The translations under genes were made by a program, and so were the position numbers. A DNA stretch of 64,000 nt from Atribacterota bacterium (GTDB taxonomy: Bacteria; Atribacterota; Phoenicimicrobiia; Phoenicimicrobiales; Stramentimicrobiaceae), in contig JAXGNR010000004.1 in assembly GCA_040767965.1 (NCBI GenBank), positions 128,001-192,000 on the forward strand, read 5' to 3'. Position 1 is the first letter of the stretch. Every line of letters starts with the position of its first letter. The notes under the pieces were generated by a model. It was not told where the DNA came from and did no database searches. It was given only the letters and a program-made list of their open reading frames with translations. This document shows positions 21,870-32,800 of the stretch, piece after piece.

Positions 21870-22409
21870 ATGCCAAAAATATTAGATAAAATAGAAGAAA
21901 AAATAAATCAATCTGCGTTTAAATTGTTTGCAAAAAAAGGCTATAGCCATGTTACCATGAAGATGGTTGCCAATGATGTGGGGATATCAGTAGGAACTCT
22001 CTATAATTATTTTTCAAATAAAGAAGATCTTTTTTTAGCTGCTTTCAAACAAAGCTTTAATCAAATGCATGTTACATTAGAGAATATAATTGAAAAAGAG
22101 GGAAGTCCCCATGAATTTGTTTCAGCTCTTTATAATGAGGTAGTAAATATAAAAGGATTTAGCAGGGAATTCCTGCGAAATAAAATAAATCATAAACTTA
22201 TGGCAGAATTGAAAAACCATTTTTTGATCTTAATGAGATCTCTAATTGATAGAGCAGAGCAGAAAAATAATTTACATATTACAGTTAAAGAAAAGGAACG
22301 TCTGGTTAGATTATTAATTGTGGCTACTCATGATTTTGCTCGGGAGTTTCCAGCAGACAAAGAAGAAAATATTAACTTCATTTCTAAATTGATTGAAAAA
22401 ATTGGTTAA
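21870..22409 (+). CDS. TetR/AcrR family transcriptional regulator
   Basis: HTH VTMKMVANDVGISVGTLYNYFSNKEDL; ATG 21870 follows GGAG. Confidence 0.92.
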   Translation: MPKILDKIEEKINQSAFKLFAKKGYSHVTMKMVANDVGISVGTLYNYFSNKEDLFLAAFKQSFNQMHVTLENIIEKEGSPHEFVSALYNEVVNIKGFSREFLRNKINHKLMAELKNHFLILMRSLIDRAEQKNNLHITVKEKERLVRLLIVATHDFAREFPADKEENINFISKLIEKIG

Positions 22410-22453
22410 TCTTTAATCTGCTTCTGTCAATTTAGATGCAAGAATAGCAAAAC

Positions 22454-22510
22454 AAAAAAATAAGTACAATAAATACTAAAAACAGTTCAATCTATTGTAC
22501 TTATTTTTTT
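22454..22510. terminator. Inverted repeat between convergent tetR and SDR genes
   Basis: AAAAAAATAAGTACAATA...TATTGTACTTATTTTTTT. Confidence 0.6.
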
Positions 22511-22585
22511 GCTATCAAATATCTTTTAATTTTTCAAAAAACAGAAATAATAAATATTAAATTTCAAATATTTTTATTAAAAATA

Positions 22586-23356
22586 TTAATGTCCAATTAA
22601 ATTAAATCTACCACCGTTTGAACCAATAATTTCAGCAGTAATCCAGGAAGAATCATCAGAGGCTAAAAATAAGGCTAAATGAGCTATATCTTCAACTGTT
22701 CCCAATCTGCCCAATACAGACCATTTTTTACCACCTTCAATAAATTTTTCAACTTCTTCCGGAGTTCTGGTGCTACGAACAATTGAAGTTAATATTCTGC
22801 CTGGGCAAATAGAGTTTACATTAATACCATAAGGTCCTAATTCTATTGCTGAAGATTTTGTAATACCATTTACTGCAAATTTTGAAATTGCGTAAACTGA
22901 TTGACCTTCTGCAATTGCTCCTAATGATGCTGTAGAAGAAATATTAATTATTTTTCCATATTTTTTTTCTTTCATATGTCTTGCTACAGCTTGTGTGCAA
23001 AAATAAACACCCTTAACATTAGTATCCATAACAGCATCATAATCTTCTTCCGGGAATTCGGTGATAGGTATTTTCCTGCTGATGCCTGAGTTGTTAACTA
23101 AAATATCAATTTTCCCAAACTCGGCTATAACCTTTTCTACCATCTCATCGATTTGCTGTTTGATGCTGACGTCTGCTGGAACTGCAATGGCATGTCGGCC
23201 TTTTTCTTCTATTTCTTTGCATACTTTATTTAAGTTCTCAACATTTCGGCTGCTTACTGCCACATCAGCCCCTTCACTTGCAAATTCCAGAGAGATAGCT
23301 CTACCAATTCCGGTACCTCCACCTGTAACCAATGCTACCTTATCCTTTAGTTTCAT
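22586..23356 (-). CDS. Short-chain dehydrogenase/reductase (FabG-like)
   Basis: TGGGTGIG, NNSG, YAISK. Confidence 0.93.
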   Translation of the reverse strand: MKLKDKVALVTGGGTGIGRAISLEFASEGADVAVSSRNVENLNKVCKEIEEKGRHAIAVPADVSIKQQIDEMVEKVIAEFGKIDILVNNSGISRKIPITEFPEEDYDAVMDTNVKGVYFCTQAVARHMKEKKYGKIINISSTASLGAIAEGQSVYAISKFAVNGITKSSAIELGPYGINVNSICPGRILTSIVRSTRTPEEVEKFIEGGKKWSVLGRLGTVEDIAHLALFLASDDSSWITAEIIGSNGGRFNLIGH

Positions 23357-23657
23357 TGAGTCCTCCTTTTATTTTTATTCAATACATTAATTATAACAAC
23401 AATTTGTTCTGTTGTCCTTATGCTTTTGCCTTGATATCATAAAATACATTAAATATCTGAAAGAGTTTGCAATTATACAGTGAATATAATATTATACTAG
23501 CATAATATAAATATATTAATATATCCCATTACAAATAATCAGATGGGGAATAGTAAAATAGACAGAATAAATGTAAGCTGTTTTGTTCTGTTTAAAAGAT
23601 TATACTTATAATATGAGCAATTCAACAAAAATAAAAAGTGAAATTTAATGAAAACCT

Positions 23658-23687
23658 TTGACAAAAAGCAATTTTACATGATATTAT
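23658..23687 (+). promoter_or_regulatory. sigma70-type promoter upstream of a short terminated unit
   Basis: TTGACA, 18 bp spacer, TGn-TATTAT. Confidence 0.6.
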
Positions 23688-23812
23688 TTATCATAATCTA
23701 GAAAAGGGATTTGCTATAAATATAATATTTATGAAGGCGCAAAAAACAAACATTACCAAGCAAGACAAACAGCAACAGCAAAACAGAAGAGTGTTTATAT
23801 ATTGATAACTTT

Positions 23813-23848
23813 AACACAGCAGATATATTTTGCTGTGTTTATTTTTTT
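23813..23848 (+). terminator. Intrinsic terminator
   Basis: AACACAGCA...TGCTGTGTT followed by TATTTTTTT. Confidence 0.7.
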
Positions 23849-24114
23849 AAAAATACATTTGGAGTTCTTTTAAAATAAAATTAAAGAAAATAGCAAAGAG
23901 GGTTTCAGGGATTTTTCCTTGACTATCCTGAATTATTACTTATAACTATGTAATATAACAGGAGGTATTAAAAAGCATGTAATACTGGAAACATCTTTGA
24001 AAAAGGAAAAGGTATTTGTGAAAAGGTAGGAAAAAGTGTTTAAAACGTTATTAGGAAATGATTTTTTTACAGAAAAATTTCAAAAACCAAAAAACAAAAA
24101 GGCGGTGTAAGCAA

Positions 24115-24468
24115 GTGCAAGTTACAGATGTAAGAATTAGAAGAATACAAACTGACGGAAAATTAAGAGCATATGTTTCAATAACATTTGATGACTCTTT
24201 TGTTGTTCATGATTTAAGAATAATTGATGGTAGAAAAGGAATGTTTGTAGCAATGCCCAGCAAACTCCTTCCTAATGGGAACCACAAAGACATAGCTCAT
24301 CCCATCAATACTGAAGTAAGAGAAATGATCCAGAACGCAGTATTGAAAGAATTTCAAGCAACAGAAGGTCAAGAAGAACAATCTGCAGGATCTGATTCTT
24401 TAGGCGGAGAACTGGATATGAACGTGGATGACATTTCTGTAGATTTAGATGATGAAGAAAAAGAATAA
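24115..24468 (+). CDS. spoVG: SpoVG family nucleic-acid-binding protein with acidic tail
   Basis: [33 protein letters not shown]; GTG start after AAGGCGGTG. Confidence 0.95.
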   Translation: MQVTDVRIRRIQTDGKLRAYVSITFDDSFVVHDLRIIDGRKGMFVAMPSKLLPNGNHKDIAHPINTEVREMIQNAVLKEFQATEGQEEQSAGSDSLGGELDMNVDDISVDLDDEEKE

Positions 24469-24598
24469 CAATTTATCTTGAAATATAAATAGTTTTGTTT
24501 ATAATAGAAAATGGTTTTACCATTAATTTTAATAAAGTAAAAAATTTATCTAAAATTTATCTAAATATAAATATTACTTATAAAAATATATTTATGGA

Positions 24599-24673
24599 TG
24601 GGGTGTGGCCAAGCGGCAAGGCAAGGGAATTTGGATCCCTCATTCGGAGGTTCGAATCCTTCCACCCCAGCCA
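24599..24673 (+). tRNA. tRNA-Gln(UUG) with encoded CCA
   Basis: TGGGGTG/CACCCCA acceptor stem, AGGGA-ATTTGGA-TCCCT anticodon arm, GGTTCGAATCC T-loop. Confidence 0.95.
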
Positions 24674-24787
24674 AATATATTGAATTTTTAAACTATACTA
24701 ATAACTAATTAAAATAGAAAACATTATAACCTCAGTAAATTTTACCTTTTCTAAATTTTCTGAAAACACATTTGGTAGGATTATGCC

Positions 24788-26167
24788 ATGGAATCAATTT
24801 CTTCAATAATTTTAGCAGCTGGCCAGGGAACAAGAATGAATTCCGCCTTTCCTAAAGTGCTACACCAGTTAGCTGGTAAGCCCATGCTCTATTATCCTAT
24901 AGAGCTTACCAGGAAGTTGAATATAAAAAAAAGATTATTAGTTATTGGTTTTCAGGCTGAAAAAGTTAAAAAAAACACTAGCTGTTTTGCAAATGATATA
25001 ATTTATGTTTATCAAGAAAGGCAATTAGGAACTGCTCATGCGGTTCTGCAAGCAAAACCATACCTGGCTGATTTTGAAGGTACTATTTTAATCTTATCAG
25101 GAGATGTGCCTTTATTAAGATATGCTACTACAAAAAGAATGCTTTCACATCATAAAAAATCCTCTTCTGCCTGTACTTTGCTAACTGTTGATATTGAAAA
25201 CCCGGAAGGGTATGGACGAATCATCAGAGATTGCCAAAAAAAGATAACCGGCATTATCGAACAATGTGATCTGTCTGAAGATCAAAACGCAATAACAGAA
25301 ATTAACACAGGAATCTATTGTTTTAATGCCAGAGAATTGTTTTCATCTTTAGCTGAAGTGAATCAAGAGAATAATCAACAGGAATATTATTTAACTGATA
25401 TTATAAAAATATTTATTGATAAGGGATTGCTGGTAACAAGCATAACTACTCAGGATAAAAAAGAAATTAGCGGAGTAAATAGCCGCATAGATTTAGCCAG
25501 AGCAAACAAAGAAATCTATCTTAGAAATGCTATCGATCATATGGCTAAAGGGGTTACTATAATAGATCCAGAAAATACCTATATCGAAGATAATGTAAAG
25601 ATTGGCCGAGATACCGTAGTGTATCCTTCAACTATAATTACTGACGGTACAGAAATTGCTGAAAAATGTCAGATTGGTCCATATTCGCATATTGTCAGTT
25701 CTTTTATTGGAACAGAGACTAAAGTGTATTCATCGGTCGTGGAAAATAGTATTGTGGGAAAATATACATCAATTGGTCCATATTCCCATATAAGGCCAAA
25801 GAGTGAAATTGGTGATCAGGTGAAAATTGGTAATTATGTGGAAATAAAAAAATCAAATATAGAAGATGGATGCAAGATTGGGCACTTAACTTATTTAGGT
25901 GATGCTTCTCTAGATAAAAATGTAAACATTGGAGCAGGAACTATTACCTGTAACTATGATGGTAAAAACAAAAATACTACCACTATTGAAGAAAATGTTT
26001 TTATTGGCAGCAATAATTCCCTGGTAGCCCCTGTGAAAATTGGGAAGAACTCCTATACTGCTGCAGGTTCTACCATTACCCAGGATGTCCCTCAGGAAAA
26101 CTTAGCAGTTGCCAGGGCTCGTCAGAAAAATATTGCCAATTGGGCAAAAAATAAAACAAAAAAATAA
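24788..26167 (+). CDS. glmU: Bifunctional UDP-GlcNAc pyrophosphorylase/GlcN-1-P acetyltransferase
   Basis: LAAGQGTRM, EYYLTD, hexapeptide repeats, NYDG. Confidence 0.96.
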   Translation: MESISSIILAAGQGTRMNSAFPKVLHQLAGKPMLYYPIELTRKLNIKKRLLVIGFQAEKVKKNTSCFANDIIYVYQERQLGTAHAVLQAKPYLADFEGTILILSGDVPLLRYATTKRMLSHHKKSSSACTLLTVDIENPEGYGRIIRDCQKKITGIIEQCDLSEDQNAITEINTGIYCFNARELFSSLAEVNQENNQQEYYLTDIIKIFIDKGLLVTSITTQDKKEISGVNSRIDLARANKEIYLRNAIDHMAKGVTIIDPENTYIEDNVKIGRDTVVYPSTIITDGTEIAEKCQIGPYSHIVSSFIGTETKVYSSVVENSIVGKYTSIGPYSHIRPKSEIGDQVKIGNYVEIKKSNIEDGCKIGHLTYLGDASLDKNVNIGAGTITCNYDGKNKNTTTIEENVFIGSNNSLVAPVKIGKNSYTAAGSTITQDVPQENLAVARARQKNIANWAKNKTKK

Positions 26168-26202
26168 GTTTATGTTATATAAAATTCAAGGAGGAAAAAA
26201 CT

Positions 26203-27168
26203 TTGACTGCATATCCTTATAGGGAATTACAGGTTTTTTCTGGAAATGCTAATCCAGCCTTAGCTGAGGAAATAGCTACTCATCTAGGAATAAAATTAGG
26301 CAAAGCGGAAGTTTCAAAATTTCCTGATGGCGAATTTCATGTTAAAATTGATGAAAGTGTTAGAGGAAATGATGTCTTTTTAATCCAGCCTACCTGTCAT
26401 CCGGTTCATGAACATTTAATGGAACTGTTAGTCATGATTGATGCTCTAAGACGAGCCTCTGCGGAACGTATTACTGCAGTTATGCCATATTACAGTTATG
26501 CGCGTCAAGACAGAAAAACCAGACCCAGAGAGCCTATTACCGCTAAATTGATTGCAAATTTATTAGTCCACGCAGGAACTGATCGGGTTTTAACAATGGA
26601 TTTGCATGCAGCGCAAATTCAAGGATTTTTTGATATCCCGGTAGATCATCTAGAGGCAGCATCAATTTTATCTGATTATTTTAAAGAAAAAGATTTATCT
26701 AAAGTAGTTGTTGTTTCTCCAGATGTAGGGGGAACTGCTAGAGCGAGAAATTTTGCTGGCCGCCTGGATAAACCAATCGCCATTATTGATAAATACAGGG
26801 AATCTGATACAAATGTAGAAATAATGCACATTGTTGGGAATGTTAAAGATAAAATTGCAATTATTGTTGATGATATGATAGATACTGCTGGTTCGATAGT
26901 CAAAGGCAGTCAGGCTATTTTGAATGCTGGAGCAAAAGAAATTTTCATCTGTGCTACCCATCCAGTTTTTGCAGGTCCAGCCAGAGATAGGCTGGAAAAG
27001 CACTGGAAAGAAGGATTGTTTAAAGAAGTAGTTATAACCAATACTATTCCCGTTCCAAACGAGAAAGCACTTCCCTGCATAAAAGTACTATCTGTTGCAA
27101 AATTATTTGCAGAATCAATCAAAAGGATTCATAATAATAAATCTATCAGTGAAATATTTCGTAGATAA
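26203..27168 (+). CDS. prs: Ribose-phosphate pyrophosphokinase
   Basis: YARQDRK, DLHAAQIQGFF, VDDMIDTAGS. Confidence 0.96.
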   Translation: MTAYPYRELQVFSGNANPALAEEIATHLGIKLGKAEVSKFPDGEFHVKIDESVRGNDVFLIQPTCHPVHEHLMELLVMIDALRRASAERITAVMPYYSYARQDRKTRPREPITAKLIANLLVHAGTDRVLTMDLHAAQIQGFFDIPVDHLEAASILSDYFKEKDLSKVVVVSPDVGGTARARNFAGRLDKPIAIIDKYRESDTNVEIMHIVGNVKDKIAIIVDDMIDTAGSIVKGSQAILNAGAKEIFICATHPVFAGPARDRLEKHWKEGLFKEVVITNTIPVPNEKALPCIKVLSVAKLFAESIKRIHNNKSISEIFRR

Positions 27169-27299
27169 ATTTTTAAGTTAAAATTAGAATAATTAGAATA
27201 AAATTGCATATTAAGCTATAATATAAAAATATACAAATACATTTAATAATTTAAATATGTTTAAATAATTCGAAAAAAGAAGCGGAGGAAAACCGAATT

Positions 27300-27971
27300 A
27301 TGAAAAGATTAAAATTAGTAGTTGAGACCAGAGAAGGTAAAGGGAAAGAAATAAATAAAAAACTTAGAAAAACAGGTTATGTTCCTGGAGTTTTTTATTC
27401 TGCTCACGATAAAGATACTATGCTGCTTAAGATACCTGAAAAAGAGTTGCACCAATTCCTTTCAGATAAAAAACATTCACATGGTATTATTGACTTAAAA
27501 ATAAAAAGCAGCAGCGCCAAAGATACCACAAAATTGGCAGTAATAAAAGATTTTCAATATGATTCAATAAAAAGAAGAATTAACCATTTTGATTTCTTTG
27601 GTGTTACTATGAAAGAAAAAATAACCTTACAGGTACCATTTACATTTGAAGGAGAGCCAAAAGGAATTAAAGAAGGTGGAATTCTGGATATATCTTTACG
27701 TGAAGTAGAAGTTGAATGTCTTCCCATAGATGCACCTGAGGCAATCATTATTGACCTTAGTCAATTAGGATTCAATGATGTTCTTTCTCTCAGTGACATA
27801 GAAATGCCTAAAGATGTTAAAGTTTTGACAGAACTGGATAGAACTATTGCTTCAGTGGTTGCTCCTTCAAAGGAAGAAGAAGTCGTCGAAGAAGAGGAAG
27901 AAGTTACCATTGAAAGCAAAGAAAAAGTAAAAGCTAAGGCAAAAGAAGAAACTGAAGAAAAAGAAGATTAG
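27300..27971 (+). CDS. rplY: 50S ribosomal protein L25/Ctc
   Basis: LRKTGYVPGVFY, HFDF, PKGIKEGG; position between prs and pth. Confidence 0.93.
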   Translation: MKRLKLVVETREGKGKEINKKLRKTGYVPGVFYSAHDKDTMLLKIPEKELHQFLSDKKHSHGIIDLKIKSSSAKDTTKLAVIKDFQYDSIKRRINHFDFFGVTMKEKITLQVPFTFEGEPKGIKEGGILDISLREVEVECLPIDAPEAIIIDLSQLGFNDVLSLSDIEMPKDVKVLTELDRTIASVVAPSKEEEVVEEEEEVTIESKEKVKAKAKEETEEKED

Positions 27972-28016
27972 GAATTTTTAATTTTAAACAAGAAATAATA
28001 CTAAGGTTGTGATAGT

Positions 28017-28628
28017 GTGAGGTTAATTGCAGGGCTTGGTAATCCAGGAAACCAGTATCAGGAAACCAGACATAATGTTGGGTTTAAAGTGCTGGATGAA
28101 TTTCTAAAGCAATCTATAATTCCTGAGAGCGATAACTTGCAATGGAAAAATAAATTTTTTGCCAAAATAATTAATATCCAATACAAAACAGAAAAAATAA
28201 TTCTGATGAAACCGTTAACCTTTATGAATCTAAGCGGTAAATCGATAGCGGAAGTAGTTAATTATTATGGGATTAAAAGTAGCCAATTATTGATCATTTA
28301 CGATGATATTCATCTTTCTTTGGGAAGAATCAGAATTAGACAAAAAGGCAGCTCAGGGGGCCACAAAGGAATTCAATCAATAATTGACTGCTTAAAAACT
28401 GAAAATTTTCCAAGATTACGCATCGGTGTAAAAAATGATTTTTTGTTGAAAAATATAGATCAACCTTCTTTTGTATTATCAAGGTTTTTACCAGAAGAGA
28501 AATTCACTCTAGATAAAAGTGTGGATCTGGCAATTATGGCTATCAGAGATATTCTGGATTTTGATTATCAGTATGCTATGGGGCAATACAACAAAACAGA
28601 AAATAATGATGATGAAAAGGACGTTTAA
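28017..28628 (+). CDS. pth: Peptidyl-tRNA hydrolase
   Basis: GLGNPG, TRHNVGF, KPLTFMNLSG, GGHKG. Confidence 0.96.
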   Translation: MRLIAGLGNPGNQYQETRHNVGFKVLDEFLKQSIIPESDNLQWKNKFFAKIINIQYKTEKIILMKPLTFMNLSGKSIAEVVNYYGIKSSQLLIIYDDIHLSLGRIRIRQKGSSGGHKGIQSIIDCLKTENFPRLRIGVKNDFLLKNIDQPSFVLSRFLPEEKFTLDKSVDLAIMAIRDILDFDYQYAMGQYNKTENNDDEKDV

Positions 28629-28725
28629 TAATAAAAGAAAATAATTACTAAAATTACAATGATATTTTGATTATGTTTTTAAAAGATTTTTTAAAAGAGA
28701 AAAATAATATTATCAGGAAGAAAAT

Positions 28726-29691
28726 ATGTTAAAAAGAATTGCTGTTATGACCAGTGGGGGAGATTCTCCTGGTATGAATGGTGCTATCAGGGCTGTTGTA
28801 CGTACCGGTATATTTTATGGTCTAGAAGTTTATGGTATTAAATATGGTTATCAGGGTCTGCTGGATAAGAATATAGCTGAAATGGATTTGAAAAGTGTTG
28901 GTGGTATTATGCAACTAGGAGGAACTATTTTAATGACATCCCGCAGCGATGAATTTGAAACCAAAGCCGGAGTTAAAAAAGGGGCAAACATTTTAAGAGA
29001 ATTTAATATTGATGCCCTGGTGGTAATTGGTGGAGATGGTTCTTTGGCTGGAGCCAGAGACCTGTATGAGCAGGAAGATTTCCCGGTTATTGGTATACCA
29101 GCCACTATTGATAATGATCTATATGGCACCGATACCTGCATTGGTGTTGATACTGCCTTGAATACAATTATTTCCGCAATTGATAAGATTAAAGATACAG
29201 CCTCTTCGCATCGCCGAGCCTTTATGCTGGAAGTAATGGGTCGAAATTCAGGTTATCTAGCCTTAATGAGTGGCATTGCCGGTGGAGCAGAGGCAGTAAT
29301 TGTTCCAGAATTTCCAGTGGATATTGACAAAATGGGAGAACAATTAAATAAAGGATACCAGAGAGGGAAATCCCATTGTTTGTTTGTGATGGCTGAAGGG
29401 GCAGGAGATGTTTATGCAGTCAGTAAAGCTATCAGTGAAAAAGTTGGATTTCAAATAAGAGTAACAATTTTAGGACACCTGCAAAGAGGAGGTTCTCCTT
29501 CGGTTTTCGATCGTATTTTATCAAGCAGATTAGGATCTGAAGCAGTAATACAACTTTTGGAAAATAAATACCATCACATGGTTGGCTTAATTGGCAATGA
29601 TACTAAGGTAACTCCTTTAGAGAATATTTTAACCAAAAAGAAAGAACTTCGTAAATCTTTATATAAGTTAGCTAATATCCTTGCCCAATAG
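28726..29691 (+). CDS. pfkA: ATP-dependent 6-phosphofructokinase
   Basis: TSGGDSPGMN, GGDGS, TIDND, EVMGR, LGHLQRGG. Confidence 0.95.
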   Translation: MLKRIAVMTSGGDSPGMNGAIRAVVRTGIFYGLEVYGIKYGYQGLLDKNIAEMDLKSVGGIMQLGGTILMTSRSDEFETKAGVKKGANILREFNIDALVVIGGDGSLAGARDLYEQEDFPVIGIPATIDNDLYGTDTCIGVDTALNTIISAIDKIKDTASSHRRAFMLEVMGRNSGYLALMSGIAGGAEAVIVPEFPVDIDKMGEQLNKGYQRGKSHCLFVMAEGAGDVYAVSKAISEKVGFQIRVTILGHLQRGGSPSVFDRILSSRLGSEAVIQLLENKYHHMVGLIGNDTKVTPLENILTKKKELRKSLYKLANILAQ

Positions 29692-29780
29692 AGAAACATC
29701 TAAACTTGCATTGAGAACAGATACATACCACCCAAAAAGCAATCAGTAATTTATGAATAAAAATAGAAGTATTTAAATTC

Positions 29781-29813
29781 AGACTTTGAACATAATTCAA
29801 AGTCTTTTCTTTT
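29781..29813 (+). terminator. Probable terminator after pfkA
   Basis: AGACTTTGAA...TTCAAAGTCT plus T-rich tail. Confidence 0.55.
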
Positions 29814-29823
29814 CACGAAAAAA

Positions 29824-32800
29824 ATGATTAAAACAGTTCAATTATTTAATGAAAATATAGAATTTAAGCAATTTTTGCAGGATTTTAACAAAAGAGTTGA
29901 AAAAAAATATTTGATTACCGGTTTACATGGTAGTTCAGTTTCATTCTTTATTTCTTCTTTATTAGATAATGAAATACATCCTTCTTCTAAATTACTTCTT
30001 TTCTCCAGCCAGGAAGAGGCATTACATTTTTATCAGGACCTGATTGAGCTGAATGGTAAATCAGAAAATAGAAAAATATTATTTTTTCCTTCATTTGAAG
30101 TAAGACCTTATGAAGATAATACAAAAGATACCAGGATTTTAGAACAAAGGATTAAAGTTTTAGCTGCCCTGAGCCAGTCATTAGAAAATAATTTTCAGCA
30201 AAAAGAGGCATTTTTTTCTCAAGATATTGTTATCAGTACTTATAAAGCAGTTTTACCAAAAATAATGACTGTAAATGATTTTAAAAAACTTAATTATGTA
30301 TTAAAAGTAACAGACAAAATAAAAATAGAAGACATACAAAAACACTTAATCAATCAAGGTTTTGAATCAACTTATATGATTGACTATCAGGGTCAGTTCA
30401 GTATAAGAGGTGGAATTATAGATTTTTTTCCTTTCACCGAAGAGGACCCTATCAGGATTGAATTAAATGAGGATGAGATTGAATCAATTCGTTTTTTTGA
30501 CTTAGCCACCCAGCGTTCCTTAAAAAAAGTAAGCGAGATTTCACTGCAGCCACAAAGAGAGTTAGGGGAATATAAAGATAAGGATGAAATGGAACATAGT
30601 TCCATTTTTGATTATCTTTCTGTTGATAGCGATATTATTATTTACAAATATTCTGAATTTGAAAATAGAATTGAAGAATACATAAAAGAAATAGAACAAT
30701 GCTATAATGCTAAAAAAGAAGAAAGCTTGAAATTCCTCTTTCCTCCTGCTCATTATTATCTTGATTACAAACAACTTAAAGATTTAATTAAACAAAAAAG
30801 CCATCTTGTTGTTTTAGATGAACAAAAAACACCAAAAAATATTAAAGAAAATAAATTTAAAGAATATGCAATAAATACCCAACCAACAAGAAGTTATTTT
30901 GGGCAGTTGGATCTGTTTTTTGAAGATCTTAAAAATTGGCAAAAAGAAAATAAAACAATTATGATAATAGCTCAAAATAAAGGCAGAGCTGTTCGAATGG
31001 CAGAAATTTTTGAAGATCGAGCTATTAAACAGTATCAATTATTGTCATTGGAAAAAGCAGAATGTGCATCAGATTTTATATGTCTCAGTTACGGAAAGAT
31101 AAATTATGGTTTTTCTATACCGGATATGCAGTTTTTATTACTTACTGATCAGGAGATTTTCGGTAGAGAAAGAGACAGGTCTTATCGGAACAAAAGATAT
31201 CAGGGGAAGCCTTTATATCAGGTAGATGAATTGAAAAAAGGTGATTTTTTGGTTCATATACACCATGGCATTGGCCGCTATGTGGGAATTCGATCAAGAA
31301 AAACTGATGGCATACAAAGCGACTATCTTTTAATAAAATATGCAGCCGATGATGAGTTGTATGTACCTGTTGATCAACTGAATTTAGTCCATAAATATAT
31401 CGGTGCAGGTGATCAGTCTCCTAAACTTTATCGTTTAGGCGGAAGTACCTGGGATCGGGTTAAAAGAAAAGTAAAGGATTCTATCCAAAAGACCGCCAGA
31501 GAATTGTTTGAGCTATATCAGAATAGAAAAAACATTCAAGGATATTCTTTTTCTTCTGATTCGGTCTGGCAGCAAGAATTGGAAATGGCTTTTCCTTTTG
31601 AAGAAACTCCTGATCAGAATAAAGCATGGAGTGATGTTAAAAAGGACATGGAATCCGTTCAGCCAATGGAAAGGCTGATTTGCGGGGATGTGGGCTATGG
31701 AAAGACAGAGATAGCAATTAGAGCAGCCTTTAAGGCAGTAATGGATAATAAACAAGTTGCCGTGCTTACTCCTACTACTATTCTAACACAACAGCACTGG
31801 GAAAATTTTAGTGAAAGGATGAAGTCTTTTCCGGTAAAAATAGAAATGCTTTCGCGATTTAAGTCAAAAAAAGAACAGCAAAAAATAATTACTGATTTAA
31901 AAAAAGGAAAGATAGATATAGTAATAGGAACACATCGACTAGTTCAGGAAGACATTGTTTTTCATGATTTAGGATTATTGATAATTGATGAGGAGCAAAG
32001 ATTTGGTGTTATTCATAAAGAAAGAATAAAAAAAATTAAAGAACAGGTTGATTCTTTAACTTTAACCGCTACTCCTATTCCCAGAACTTTGTATTTTTCC
32101 TTAATCGGAGTGCGGGAAATGAGCCTAATGAATACTCCACCCGAATTACGTTTGCCGATTGTAACTTATTTACGAGAAAAGGAAAACAGAATTATTCAGG
32201 AAGCAATAAGAAGGGAGATCGATAGAGAAGGACAGATTTATTATGTTCATAATAAAGTTGAAGATATTGATATTGTAGCTGACCAGATCAAGGAAATCGT
32301 TCCTGAAGCCAGAATTGTAGTTGCTCATGGCCAAATGTCAGAGCACATATTGGAAAAAATTATGATAGATTTTCTCAATAAAGAATATGATGTTCTGGTT
32401 TGTACAACAATTATTGAAATTGGACTGGATATACCTAATGTCAACACAATTATTATCGACGAAGCACAAAACTTTGGCTTATCTCAGCTCTATCAACTCA
32501 GAGGCAGAGTTGGGAGAACTGACAGGAGAGCTTATGCCTATCTGCTTTACCCCGATAAAAAAATACTAACTGAGAATGCCCGAAAGCGAATGCAGGCTAT
32601 CAAAGAATTCAGTGATCTGGGTTCAGGCTTCAGACTGGCAATGCGCGACCTGGAAATAAGAGGGGCAGGTAACCTGTTGGGGAAAGAACAGCATGGTTTT
32701 GTCAGTGAGGTTGGCTTTAATTTTTATTGCAAGTTGCTTGAAGATAGTATTTCTGAGTTAAAACAAATTGAAGCAGGGGAAAGTAAAGAAGGAGAAAGAG

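Noticed and set aside
24115-24468. spoVG as evidence of sporulation
   Set aside because: SpoVG is widespread in non-sporulating bacteria, and no other spo genes are present.
24495-24683. 62-aa ORF in the track
   Set aside because: Overlaps the tRNA-Gln gene; a spurious translation of promoter and tRNA sequence.
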